A DNA stretch of 64,000 nt from Acidobacteriota bacterium (GTDB lineage: Bacteria; Acidobacteriota; Terriglobia; 2-12-FULL-54-10), in assembly GCA_016191085.1 (NCBI GenBank), contig JACPPJ010000070.1, positions 6,123 to 70,122 of the forward strand. The letters run 5' to 3'. The position numbers and the translations under genes are program-made. The notes beneath the pieces were generated by a model. That model made no database searches. It worked only from the letters and a program-made list of their open reading frames with translations, and was not told the origin of the DNA. Shown in pieces: positions 28,915 to 38,416 of this stretch (its first letter is position 1; every line of letters begins with the position of its first letter).

Positions 28915-29769
28915 ATGCGACATATGCTGATTGCTGTGCTGCTGTTGTTTGCGTCGGTTCCCGCACATTCTCAGGGGATATCTGTGCAGGCTGCGCCAGA
29001 AGAAAAGAACACTATCATCGGTTCTTATCGCGGAGCCTATCGAAAACAAGTGTTTGTCGGCCCCACAGATCAAGTATTTCCGCACATTGCTACCGGTGGC
29101 GGCTGGGAAACGGTGATCGTGATTTTGAATATGGGAAGTGCAAGGGTGGATTTTAGGCTGCGTTTTTACGGGCAGGATGGGAGGCCCTTGGCCGTTACGT
29201 TCCGCGATTATCCAGACTTGAACATGGTCACAACGTCAGCCGCCGTAGGCTTCTTGGGTCCTAATGCCAGCTTCAACTTTGCTCTTTTCGACTCTACTCC
29301 GGACACTCGCGTAGGTTGGGCTTCCCTCGATTACGATTCCACGGGAGCGCGGATGGGAGGCTATGCAATCTTTCGCCAACGAGTACCCGGACGCCCAGAT
29401 TACGAAGCACTTGTGCCACTAAGTGCGTATGACGATTACAAGTTCTATATGCCCTTCGACAACATTCAGGGCTTTGTTACTGCTATGGCGCTGGTCAATC
29501 CGGCATCGAATCTCAGTAGCCGGATTACGATCACGGCTTTCACTCTTAGAGGGGTTGTGATAGATCGCATAGTCATTACCCTGCCGCCTGGAGGTCAGAC
29601 TGCCTTCGTACTTGCAGACCGCTTCCCTGCCTTCGCCAACACTCTCGGGACCTTGTACGTCGAAAGCGATACCACGAGAATGTCAGCGCTTGGACTTAGG
29701 TTTAATACAGCCGGCGGCAACGCGTTCTCCTCCATCCCAATCCTGAACTGGGGCGGCATGTTTCCGTAG
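28915..29769 (+). CDS. secreted hypothetical protein (signal peptide), island cargo
   Basis: MRHMLIAVLLLFASVPAHSQG signal. 284 aa, beta-rich composition, the only plus-strand gene of the island. Confidence 0.55.
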   Translation: MRHMLIAVLLLFASVPAHSQGISVQAAPEEKNTIIGSYRGAYRKQVFVGPTDQVFPHIATGGGWETVIVILNMGSARVDFRLRFYGQDGRPLAVTFRDYPDLNMVTTSAAVGFLGPNASFNFALFDSTPDTRVGWASLDYDSTGARMGGYAIFRQRVPGRPDYEALVPLSAYDDYKFYMPFDNIQGFVTAMALVNPASNLSSRITITAFTLRGVVIDRIVITLPPGGQTAFVLADRFPAFANTLGTLYVESDTTRMSALGLRFNTAGGNAFSSIPILNWGGMFP

Positions 29770-29850
29770 ACCAGATCAGTCCCCCAGCAATTTCATGCCT
29801 GTTTGGTAGCGGTAGCCCATCTATAACGACATCGGCTTTGTCAAGCATGC

Positions 29851-30162
29851 TCATTGCACCTTCCCCTGTGGCTTCCATCGCTCGAACCATTCCTTAACTT
29901 CGTGGGAAATTCGGGGCGGATGAATGTACCGGCCGCCGGAAATCGCATAGCACCCGCCACAGTGCTCCGGGCCAGGGCAGCCGGTCCGGTTTTTGATTTG
30001 ATCTGTGCGCTCAAGTGCACGTTCTTTCCGCTCCGGCTCCAGAGTGATTAAAACGGTTGCGGCTTGTGCTGACGCCTCCGTTTGCTGCGTGCCGAATCCG
30101 GCATCCCGAAGCGCCTTCAGTGCCCGTTCCACTACGTCGTTCATATGCCCGCTAACCCTCAC
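29851..30162 (-). CDS. hypothetical Cys-containing small protein
   Basis: ORF in operon orientation. CPGPEHCGGC motif. Confidence 0.3.
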   Translation of the reverse strand: MRVSGHMNDVVERALKALRDAGFGTQQTEASAQAATVLITLEPERKERALERTDQIKNRTGCPGPEHCGGCYAISGGRYIHPPRISHEVKEWFERWKPQGKVQ

Positions 30163-30283
30163 TACAACGTTTCAAACCGCAACATCCGCCACAAGGCCCG
30201 TCAGCGTTGACCAAAACGCATTTTTTCAAAGTGCAACAGAGCCGCCGTGTTGCGGTTGCGAAAAGTGCTTGAAACCAGCGTCA

Positions 30284-31495
30284 TTATTGGTTTGTGGCGC
30301 TTGTTGCACTTTCAGAACCGACATAGAGGGAAATAGCCTCTTCCAATTCCGCTTTTAAGTAGCCCTTCGGTGTCTTATCTCCGACGCGAACGCCTCTAGG
30401 CTCCGGGCCAAAGTGCTTCAGCATCCGGGCCAGTTTGTTTTGCGTCAACTCCCGCCCCGGCTCATTCCAGGGCGATACCGGCAGTGCTTTCAGCTTTGAA
30501 ACCAGTTCTTCTGACGGAACCTTCTCGTCAAAGGCAGCCAGCAGCTCTCCAATATCTGCCAGCAGTTTCAGCGGCAAGGAATCATCGGTGTCTGACTCTG
30601 CCTTTCCTTTGCTGAGGGCAACCGCTGCCTGTCTCAGTTCCGCTATCCGGCCCGGCGCGAGTACCGCACACACGGCAAACAACGACTGCCAGATTTCTTC
30701 ATTGCGGTCGCTCAAATCATCCATCTCAGGCAATTGTGAATACACCTGTGACACGTCCGCCGCTCGACGGACGGCCATTGACGCCAGCGCCGCTCGCATG
30801 GGGTCCGACTCCGTTTTTGCCTTTCGAGAAAGAAACCGTCCAACGGGTTCCCCGTTTTTGCGCCGCCGCATTCTGATGACAATGCTTCTATCGAACACGG
30901 TATCCGGCAGCGAGCCGATGGCGATGACGGCCTTCGGCCCGTAAACGCTGAAGGGCTGCAATTCATGTTTGGGTGGAACGCATCGGTACACAGAGGCACC
31001 TTGCCGGTATCCTGCATTCAGGATGCTGACGATTGCCTGTGATCGTTCGTTTCTCTTCTCTTTCAGAGCCTCCGCTTCATCTAGCAGCAGCGTGCAGCCG
31101 CCCTTGTCCACCAGCCGGAACAGTGCCGCCTCACTGATTCCGGTTGTCAGGACGGGATTCAGCGCCACACAGCCGAGCACTTCAGCCAAGCGAGTCTTAC
31201 CGCACCTCTTTGCGGGCGAGACGATGCTAAGGTACGGGAACGAGTCGAAACATTTGTATAGATACGTTGCAACCGTCCAGCACGCTAGGGGTAGAGCGGC
31301 TTTTTCCGGCAATATAAGGTACTTCGTCAGAAACGATTCCAACGCCGGAATAATTTCGGCTTCCACCAGCGCCGCCGCAGCGACGTTTGGCTTATTCCGG
31401 TACTCGTGATCCCGAGTGATTTTTTCCAGCAACACAGGATCATTCTGAATTGCACCTTCAACGGCAGCTTGCGCCGCGTAAAGATCGTTACTCAT
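30284..31495 (-). CDS. DUF3631-like P-loop protein (primase/helicase C-terminal-domain-like), replication module
   Basis: Walker A SPAKRCGKTRL and Walker B TLLLDEAE. Architecture typical of DUF3631 proteins of integrative elements. Confidence 0.55.
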   Translation of the reverse strand: MSNDLYAAQAAVEGAIQNDPVLLEKITRDHEYRNKPNVAAAALVEAEIIPALESFLTKYLILPEKAALPLACWTVATYLYKCFDSFPYLSIVSPAKRCGKTRLAEVLGCVALNPVLTTGISEAALFRLVDKGGCTLLLDEAEALKEKRNERSQAIVSILNAGYRQGASVYRCVPPKHELQPFSVYGPKAVIAIGSLPDTVFDRSIVIRMRRRKNGEPVGRFLSRKAKTESDPMRAALASMAVRRAADVSQVYSQLPEMDDLSDRNEEIWQSLFAVCAVLAPGRIAELRQAAVALSKGKAESDTDDSLPLKLLADIGELLAAFDEKVPSEELVSKLKALPVSPWNEPGRELTQNKLARMLKHFGPEPRGVRVGDKTPKGYLKAELEEAISLYVGSESATSATNQ

Positions 31496-32133
31496 GCCGC
31501 ATTCTCCCTAGCCGCAAATTCGCGGTATAGTTCCGCCGCGTTTTGCTCGAATTCGCATAGCTGCTGATAACGTGCGTCGGCGCGCTCCTGCCATTGCGCC
31601 AACACTTGCAGTTTTGTAAACACCTCCTCGCCGACAGACTGCCCGGCAGCGAGTTGCTGTTGACCGATTCGCCGCCATTCAGCTTCGTAGCGATCCAAGT
31701 CTCGTATAAGGGCTGCGCTCGCAATGCGCCTTTGTCGCGCCCACTCCGTAAATTGCTCTGCCTCACGTCGAACGATCTGACGTTGCCGCTGCTCTTCGTG
31801 GGTGTCGCGCCTTTGCTCCATGCCAAGCTCGCGGGCCAGAGTCCAGGCGTTCCCGCTCCAGCCGCATTTGTGGCAATGGAAAACTTCAGCGTTGTAACTT
31901 CCAGTCCGCCGCGCGTGGCATTCCGGGCAGTCGAACCGGCTGTTTCCGCGCAACTCCGCGCCGGCCTGCAGTAGCAGTTCCGGGATCGTCGCCGCGCTCA
32001 TGGCTCGCCTGCTGTGTTTTGTGAGTACGGCCGATTTTTTCCCGGCCCGCCGCTGCGTTCCAAGAGAGCCAGCAAGAACCGCCGATGGCCCGCCATAAAT
32101 CCCGCAGCGCGCTTGCGAAATTGCGGCGTGCAT
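31492..32133 (-). CDS. zf-CHC2 (DnaG-primase-type zinc finger) protein
   Basis: FDCPECHARRTGSYNAEVFHCHKCGWSGNAWTLAREL matches the CHC2 primase zinc finger. The start is uncertain (ORF-track start 32235 overlaps alpA). Confidence 0.5.
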   Translation of the reverse strand: MHAAISQARCGIYGGPSAVLAGSLGTQRRAGKKSAVLTKHSRRAMSAATIPELLLQAGAELRGNSRFDCPECHARRTGSYNAEVFHCHKCGWSGNAWTLARELGMEQRRDTHEEQRQRQIVRREAEQFTEWARQRRIASAALIRDLDRYEAEWRRIGQQQLAAGQSVGEEVFTKLQVLAQWQERADARYQQLCEFEQNAAELYREFAARENAA

Positions 32134-32191
32134 CGTTCGAGCGCCAGCCGGTGCAATTCTTCGAGCGTCAACCCTTCCAATTCTTCGCGCC

Positions 32192-32383
32192 TCATTGCCC
32201 GCCCCCGTTCCCCGCCGTCTCTGGGCTACGGGCAAACTTTTCCAGAGCTACCCTCGGAATTAGGGTTCTCTTTCCCAATTTCCGCGCCGGGATCTTCCCT
32301 TGCGCGATCATGTAGTCAAGGTTCCGAACCGAAATGCTCAATGCCTTTGCAGCGTCCAAACGCGATACCAAAATCTGCTCCAT
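32192..32383 (-). CDS. AlpA-family HTH transcriptional regulator / excisionase-like
   Basis: LDAAKALSISVRNLDYMIAQGKIPARKLGKRTLIPRVALEKF matches AlpA/HTH_17. Confidence 0.6.
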   Translation of the reverse strand: MEQILVSRLDAAKALSISVRNLDYMIAQGKIPARKLGKRTLIPRVALEKFARSPETAGNGGGQ

Positions 32384-32807
32384 GCGTTGTGCTCCTTTTG
32401 CTGAATGCGAGTTGTTGCTGCTTTCCACTTGTCTCCAGAAATGCGAAAAGCCCCTGAGAACCGTACTTGCGATTCTCAGGGGCCTTGATTTTCCCGGTTC
32501 CCCGGGGTCTTGGTTGTCCCTACAAACTAACGATCAATCCTGGTTTGGAGATGCGGCTCCACTTCCGCCGGATTCCCCTCTTCCATCCTCACTATAAACT
32601 CACTGGATTTTTTGTCAACTAAAAAGTTGGCTCTGGAGCTTCGCATCGCTTTCAGGTGCATCTTTGTGCAGTTCCCGTAGTTCGATATTCGCCCGCAGAA
32701 ACAGAGCCTCCTTGATCCGCCCAAGCTCTCCAGACAGGTCTCATCCGCCCAATACGGCGGGAATTAAAAACCGAGAGAGCCAACCCCCAATCACCTATTC
32801 CAGCGGC

Positions 32808-33242
32808 TTATTTCGCGTACGCCATTTCTGCCGCGAACTGTGCTTCCCACATGGCATCTAAGATTTCCTCGAATGGGACCCCAAACCGTTCCTCAATCTC
32901 TTCGATTTCTTTTTTTACCCGGCTCGTGTATTCATACACGCCCAGCCGGTTCATACATGCCACGGCGCGTCGCGCCTGCGCATAATGAAGTCCGCTGCGC
33001 AGCACCAGCATGACGGAGCGGTACAATGTCTCTGAAACATCATGCCTTAATTCCGAGAAGGCTTCCTCTCGGAGTTCTTGAATGCGATCCTGAATCTCAC
33101 CCTTTCTAACCCACTTGTATGCTCGCGTGTGGGCGGAGCGCCGAGGACATCCGCTCCTGATTGCGGCCAGCGTTCCATTGCCTGTCAAGGCGTAGTGCTG
33201 CGCAAACAATTCCTGCCTGCCCGTGAGCCTTGCTGTTTTCAT
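32808..33242 (-). CDS. terminase small subunit-like protein (Terminase_2 family HTH)
   Basis: LTGRQELFAQHYALTGNGTLAAIRSG....AHTRAYKWVRKGEIQDRIQEL fits the Terminase_2 N-terminal pattern (LTxKQexF..y...gN.t.AairAGYS...A......l......I.el). Confidence 0.55.
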   Translation of the reverse strand: MKTARLTGRQELFAQHYALTGNGTLAAIRSGCPRRSAHTRAYKWVRKGEIQDRIQELREEAFSELRHDVSETLYRSVMLVLRSGLHYAQARRAVACMNRLGVYEYTSRVKKEIEEIEERFGVPFEEILDAMWEAQFAAEMAYAK

Positions 33243-33395
33243 GTCCCTATTCTACCAAACGAAAATTTTCTGAATTTTTTTTTTGGAAAAAAGGCGGGCA
33301 ATGAATTCGAGAGAGGAACAGGGTTCCCATAGCCCTATATGCCTATTGAGATGCGGGGGACCCTACCCCCATGTGGCCCTGTCCCCCGGTTCCCC

Positions 33396-33418
33396 GGTGT
33401 CAGTTCTGGTGTCAGTTG
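33396..33418. promoter_or_regulatory. second copy of the arm-type repeat (GGTGTCAGTTCTGGTGTCAGTTG)
   Basis: See 27088..27110. Confidence 0.35.
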
Positions 33419-33543
33419 CGTTTCGGGTTTGGTGCGCTCCGCTGCGCCGCGTTGCAGCGAGACGTTGCGCTGAAACCCCGATAAACATTGGTGAATTTCG
33501 CTGTGCTGCATTTTCGTGCGCTCCCGTGCTTTTGCCCCATTTA

Positions 33544-33602
33544 TAGATTCAGGTTCTAGTGCCCGCAAGGGCGTGGAGGTTCGAGTCCTCTCATCCGCAC
33601 CA
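33544..33602 (+). repeat. attR: 57-nt direct repeat of the tRNA-Leu 3' portion (anticodon stem to CCA)
   Basis: gattcaggttctagtgcccgcaagggcgtggaggttcgagtcctctcatccgcacca differs from tRNA positions 26970..27026 at 3 positions in the variable arm. Confidence 0.8.
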
Positions 33603-34081
33603 ATACAGTCATTGAAGCTCAATGACTTGCATGAGACCACTTCCCACAGAAGCACGATCTGTGGCGTTTCTGTTCCCATTTTGTCAGGAAGCGGGGGCAC
33701 GGAAACTTTTGGCCGTTGCTCCGCGCATTGCTGCACTATTTACGCAGGTACTCCGACCGGGGTTTTCAAAACCCCTAATAGCGGCGAAACATGGCGGCCA
33801 GTCGATTCCGATCTGGCGAGTTCCCCTGGGTGTGTGGGGGTATTTTCAAGAGCACGGATGATTGGCAGAGTTGGGCGCGACCCTGCGCCGCAGCTACCTG
33901 GATGCGAGATGGATGGACGGTGGAGCCGATTAGTATCGGCTCCACTTTGAGTTGCACTATAACTGTCGAGAGGCATTGGCGAACTTATGTCGCACACCGC
34001 TGGATTTAGCTTAGCTCGGGCCGTCCTGCTCTTGCAGCGCGGCCTCCTTGCGCTGCGAACTCAAACGCTCAAGATGACTAC

Positions 34082-34831
34082 TTACTTTCTCGCTTCATGC
34101 TTCGCCGAATACTGCTCCAGCGCTCGTATTAGAGGATGAGCGGCAGGCGGTGGAGTGATGTTGCCGGCTAGCAAGAGCTCCCTCGCAGAGACAGCTTTGC
34201 CATACAGCTCACGATTATCGTCCTTGTCAGCCTTAACAACAGCACCTTCCAACGCCAACCCACCAAACACGCCACGAGAACGCGAGTAAGTCAGAATCTT
34301 AGCGGCCATCTTAATATCGGTGTTGGCACTTACCGTACGCCCGACCGGCCCTGCAGCCACAGAAGCATTTCCGCCCAGTGTGAACTTGTCATCCAGTAGA
34401 TCTTCCATTCCATCCCGGTTCATAATCAACATGACTAAATCCGTCTGAGATACGCCTGCCTGAAAACCCCAACTTCCGCCCGAGATCTCATAGGCGGCTG
34501 GAGGTCCCCAACCGCCACCCTGCCTACGGCAGGTCACGAAACCGTCCCCGTGCCTTCCGCCCACAATGAGAGCCGCCTTCGTCACGCTAGGGAATATGCC
34601 GACGCAATCAGCATCTTCAAATAGTTCCTGTGGAATGCCCTTGTCCGGTGTCCTCATGATTTCCTGGAACACTTCGGCAGCTTCCGCAAGCTTTTCAGCT
34701 TGTTCGCCGGCTCGTTGTGGCTCCTGTTTTTCTGGCCCGGCAGTGTTTTCTTGTGCTTCTTCCGAACTCCAAGCTCCTGTTGTTAGAACCAAAAGCCCGG
34801 AGAGGAAAATGGTTGGAAATATGCTACGCAT
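34082..34831 (-). CDS. SYLF (DUF500/Ysc84) domain lipid-binding protein with signal peptide
   Basis: SYLF motifs GGRHGDGFV, GGSWGFQAG, GGNASVAAGPVGR, YSRSRGVFGGLALEG. Probable start at MRSIFPTIFLSGLLVL. Confidence 0.7.
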   Translation of the reverse strand: MRSIFPTIFLSGLLVLTTGAWSSEEAQENTAGPEKQEPQRAGEQAEKLAEAAEVFQEIMRTPDKGIPQELFEDADCVGIFPSVTKAALIVGGRHGDGFVTCRRQGGGWGPPAAYEISGGSWGFQAGVSQTDLVMLIMNRDGMEDLLDDKFTLGGNASVAAGPVGRTVSANTDIKMAAKILTYSRSRGVFGGLALEGAVVKADKDDNRELYGKAVSARELLLAGNITPPPAAHPLIRALEQYSAKHEARK

Positions 34832-35296
34832 TGGAACGACCTCCATACTGCCCGTGACGTCTGCGTCACGAGCAACACTATTTTTGGGCTTGCGATGTGG
34901 CGCCAGCTCATTCATTGTGATACCAGGCGTCACATTCGCTGGCACACATGGTTCACTCTTTTTTGTTTGATGATTTGACATGTTTTTTCGGCAGCACGAT
35001 TAAAGAGCTTCCTTTCTGGTCCAGGGAGTCGGATTTGCCGGAGGATTTCTCGTCGAGCTCATGCCAAAGCGCTGGATTCAAATCAGCGGTTTGGCAGCGC
35101 GGAGTTATGCCTAAAACCCGCGAAAACATGATTTTAAGGTGAATCCGAGAGACAATTATTTGTATCGTCTCACAGAGTAGCGCAACCAGGGGGAAATTCG
35201 AGGACGAGCTGCAACCACCAATTCGTCTCGTCTGCCCGTAAAGAGGAGTTCCGCAATCCCATCCGCCATTCCCGATTTCGAATGTAGGGGGCTTGA

Positions 35297-35725
35297 TTGT
35301 CCGCAATATTTGACCGCATGATACGGGCCGCCAGGCTTGATTCTCACGTTTACGAGGAAGTAGAAGCTGATCGCAGCGCCACAGCACAGGCGATGTTGGT
35401 GGTGATTCTTGCAAGTGTGGCAATGGGACTGAGTTCCTTCTCGCGAGTCGGAGTGAGGGGTCTCTTAGGCGGCACACTGGCTGCTTTGGTTGCATGGTTT
35501 GTGTGGGCATTGCTCACGTATTGGATCGGCACGCGCCTTCTTCCAGAACCTCAGACGCAAGCGAATTTGGGGCAGATGTTGCGAACCACCGGCTTTTCCA
35601 GCGCTCCCGGCGTGCTCCGGATTTTCACATTCATTCCGGGGCTGTGGAATCTGGTGATCATAAAGAGGTCTGGCGGGTCGAGCCGCCGAACGGTGACGAC
35701 ATGGCCCGATTCGCATTCTCACTGA
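35297..35725 (+). CDS. small Yip1-like membrane protein; C-terminus possibly frameshifted
   Basis: Hydrophobic helices. An overlapping plus-strand ORF (35494..35766) in another frame suggests a frameshift near 35640. Confidence 0.35.
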   Translation: MSAIFDRMIRAARLDSHVYEEVEADRSATAQAMLVVILASVAMGLSSFSRVGVRGLLGGTLAALVAWFVWALLTYWIGTRLLPEPQTQANLGQMLRTTGFSSAPGVLRIFTFIPGLWNLVIIKRSGGSSRRTVTTWPDSHSH

Positions 35726-35923
35726 CTAACGGAAATGGTCCTGGAACTATCAGGATTCCTCCCTAGATGATTTGCCGGATTGTTTCATTCCCTCGGTGGT
35801 GAGAGTCTAAGTACATCGAGATTGCGGATTATGGTGTGTGGACGGATTTGGCTGCGCAACTACCTGCCTTTCGATTCCATTCAATTCCCAACCGCAACGA
35901 GAGTATAAGGAGAGTAATAGAGT

Positions 35924-36253
35924 ATGAAAAACCTGTTCGTCGGTAACATCAGCTTCCAGACCACAGAAAGTGAACTGCGAGCTGCTTTCGAGCAATTTGG
36001 CGAAATCGATCGCGTCCGGATCATGACCGACCGCGACACGGGCCGTTCCCGCGGGTTTGCTTTCGTGGAGATGCCCGATGAGGAAGAGGCCTCCAAGGCT
36101 ATTGCGGGATTGAATGGAAAAGAAGTGGGTGGGCGCGTAATCAACGTAAGCGAGGCGCGGCCCAAACCAGAAAGAATTGGACCTAGATCTACCTACGCTG
36201 GCAGCCGTGATTCCTATTCCCGTCCTCGCGACTACACACGCCGTAGCTCCTAA
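35924..36253 (+). CDS. RNA-binding protein with RRM domain (RNP-1/RNP-2)
   Basis: RNP-2 LFVGNIS and RNP-1 RGFAFVEM, plus an RS/RD-rich tail. Confidence 0.85.
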   Translation: MKNLFVGNISFQTTESELRAAFEQFGEIDRVRIMTDRDTGRSRGFAFVEMPDEEEASKAIAGLNGKEVGGRVINVSEARPKPERIGPRSTYAGSRDSYSRPRDYTRRSS

Positions 36254-36358
36254 TACTGCGTTGCTGTTTTTGGCCTGTCGTCCTGTGTCTGTGAGCCTGA
36301 GGGCTTGCAGACACGGACGAGCAGGATACGTGTTGCACCTTCGCAAGCTGACACCGGT

Positions 36359-37804
36359 TTACGCCCCGGAAGGGTTAACCACCAGCACGCGAGGCTCGGT
36401 GAACTCCTGAATCGCGTAGCGCACGCCTTCGCGACCTATGCCGGAGTCTTTTGTCCCGCCGTACGGCATAGGATCAGCGCGATACGTTGGAACATCGTTG
36501 ACGATGATGCCGCCCGCCTCGAGTTTTTCGAAGGCCTGCATGATGGCGCGCATGTCGTTGGTGAAGACTCCAGCTTGCAGCCCGTAAGGGGAGTCATTGA
36601 TCCGGGCGAGCGCATCTTCGATGTTGTCGTAGCTTTCCAGAGTAACAACGGGCGCAAATACCTCTTCCGCGCACACGTTCATCTCAGGCTTGGTCCGGGT
36701 CAGAACCGTCGGCTGCAGGAATGAGCCGTCGCGTTCGCCGCCGGCCAGCAGATGCGCGCCGGCATTCACGGCATCCTGGATCCAGCCCTCCGCCCGCTGC
36801 GCCGCCTGAGCCGAAATCATCGGACCCATATCGGTTTGCTCGGACAGGGGATCTCCCAGGCGCAGACGCTTGACGCGGTCGAGCAGCTTCGACGCGAACT
36901 CATCAAAGGCCGGTTGGTGAACGTAGATCCGCTGCACGGAGATGCAGACCTGTCCGGAATAGGCGAATCCGCCCATCACGCATCGGTCGGCAGCAAAATC
37001 GAGATTGGCATCCGAATGAATCGCCACTCCGGCATTGCCTCCCAGCTCCAGGACGACTCGTTTCTTTCCCGCCTTCGCTTTCAGCGCCCATCCCACGGCT
37101 GCGCTACCTGTGAACGACAGCACTTTCAGGCGATCATCCTCCACCATGCCTTGAGCTTCGGGAATCCCGCAGAGCAGGGAATTGACCGCTCCGGGAGGCG
37201 CACCGGCTTCGTGTGCAATGCGGGCCAGCCCCATGGTCGAAAGCGGCGCCTGTGGCGGTGGTTTCAGGATGGCCGAGGCTCCACACGCCAGCGCCGGGGC
37301 GAGCTTGTGAGCGACCAAGTTTACAGGGAAGTTAAAAGGCGTGATCGCCAGCACCGGACCTACTGGAAATCTCCGCACCAGTGCAAAGCGGCCGGTGGAG
37401 TTCGCATCGAGGTCCAGCGGTAGCCATTCACCACGGATTCGCTTGCTTTCTTCCAGCGCGTCAGTGAACGTGAGCACGGCGCGCGTAGCTTCAGCGCGGG
37501 CCATCTTGATGGGCTTGCCGGCCTCGAGCGCAATCAGGCGAGCGATCGTTTCCTGCTGGGCTTTCAGCGCCTGCACGATGTTCTGGAGTATCTCGGCGCG
37601 ACGCCACGTCGGCAGAGATCGGGTTTGGTGGAACGCCTGTGAAGCAGCCTGTACCGCTTGCTCCACTTGCTCAGGCGAGGCTTCATACGTGATGCCGACC
37701 ACTTCACCGTTGTATGGTGAGCGAATCTCAACAGGATGTGGAGACGTCTTCCATTCTCCGGCGGCTAGAAACTTATGTTCTTGAGCCAACGTTTGAGTAC
37801 TCAT
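36359..37804 (-). CDS. NAD(P)-dependent aldehyde dehydrogenase
   Basis: ELGGNA glycine motif and catalytic Cys in FAYSGQVCISVQR. 481 aa. Confidence 0.85.
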   Translation of the reverse strand: MSTQTLAQEHKFLAAGEWKTSPHPVEIRSPYNGEVVGITYEASPEQVEQAVQAASQAFHQTRSLPTWRRAEILQNIVQALKAQQETIARLIALEAGKPIKMARAEATRAVLTFTDALEESKRIRGEWLPLDLDANSTGRFALVRRFPVGPVLAITPFNFPVNLVAHKLAPALACGASAILKPPPQAPLSTMGLARIAHEAGAPPGAVNSLLCGIPEAQGMVEDDRLKVLSFTGSAAVGWALKAKAGKKRVVLELGGNAGVAIHSDANLDFAADRCVMGGFAYSGQVCISVQRIYVHQPAFDEFASKLLDRVKRLRLGDPLSEQTDMGPMISAQAAQRAEGWIQDAVNAGAHLLAGGERDGSFLQPTVLTRTKPEMNVCAEEVFAPVVTLESYDNIEDALARINDSPYGLQAGVFTNDMRAIMQAFEKLEAGGIIVNDVPTYRADPMPYGGTKDSGIGREGVRYAIQEFTEPRVLVVNPSGA

Positions 37805-37995
37805 AATCCAATTGTAAGACGAATTTGGCGTGAGCGCAGGGCGACAGAGGCACAGAGGTGTAAGCTTTGCTTAGGTCTTGCCACACCTCTTATCACATCC
37901 TTCTGTAAGTAATAATACAGACACACGTGCTGGGCCTGGAGAAGAATGTACTGTCTCCCAGTGTTGCAGCTAACTTGGTTAGCGGGAGGGATTGA

Positions 37996-38416
37996 GATGG
38001 ACAACCCGAAGCGTCTGCGGGTGTTGGCCCTCAGAGGTGATGCTCCAGGTGACGAGGATCTTTTCCGCCGTCTGCAAGATCAGGTATTGCTAACCTCGGC
38101 GTGGACTATAGAGGAATTAGAAGTGCTGCTGAAGGGAGGCAGCTACGACCTGTTTCTGTGTACCCGCTTGTTTGGAGGGCGCGACTGCCGCGCGGCCTTC
38201 CGGCTGGTACGGCAGAATGCTCCGCTGCTGCCTGCCGTCTCCTACTGCACGGAAGGCCGGCACGCGAACAAGCTGCACATCATGCAAGCCGGGGCGGCCG
38301 GAATTGTGCCGCAGAATTTTTTTGCAAGTCCGGTACTTTCGATGTTGGAGAAGTTAGCGTTGCGCGGAGGTATCGAATCTGCAGAAGTGACACGAACGCA
38401 GTCTCGGGCTTCATGA
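37996..38416 (+). CDS. hypothetical receiver-domain-like protein (degenerate REC?)
   Basis: LRVLALRGD...YDLFLCTRLFGGRDC resembles the response-regulator receiver pattern. Start chosen at MDNPKRL. Confidence 0.3.

Larger units (their letters stand above)
26940..33602. mobile_element. about 6.6 kb integrative element inserted in tRNA-Leu(CAG); candidate phage satellite (PICI-like)
   Basis: Bounded by the intact tRNA and a 57-nt direct repeat of its 3' portion at 33544..33602. Encodes int, two XRE regulators, a zf-CHC2 primase-finger protein, a DUF3631 P-loop protein, AlpA, a TerS-like protein and a secreted cargo protein. Confidence 0.7.

Noticed and set aside
36752-37423. 223-aa plus-strand ORF
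   Set aside because: Antisense shadow of the aldehyde dehydrogenase gene.
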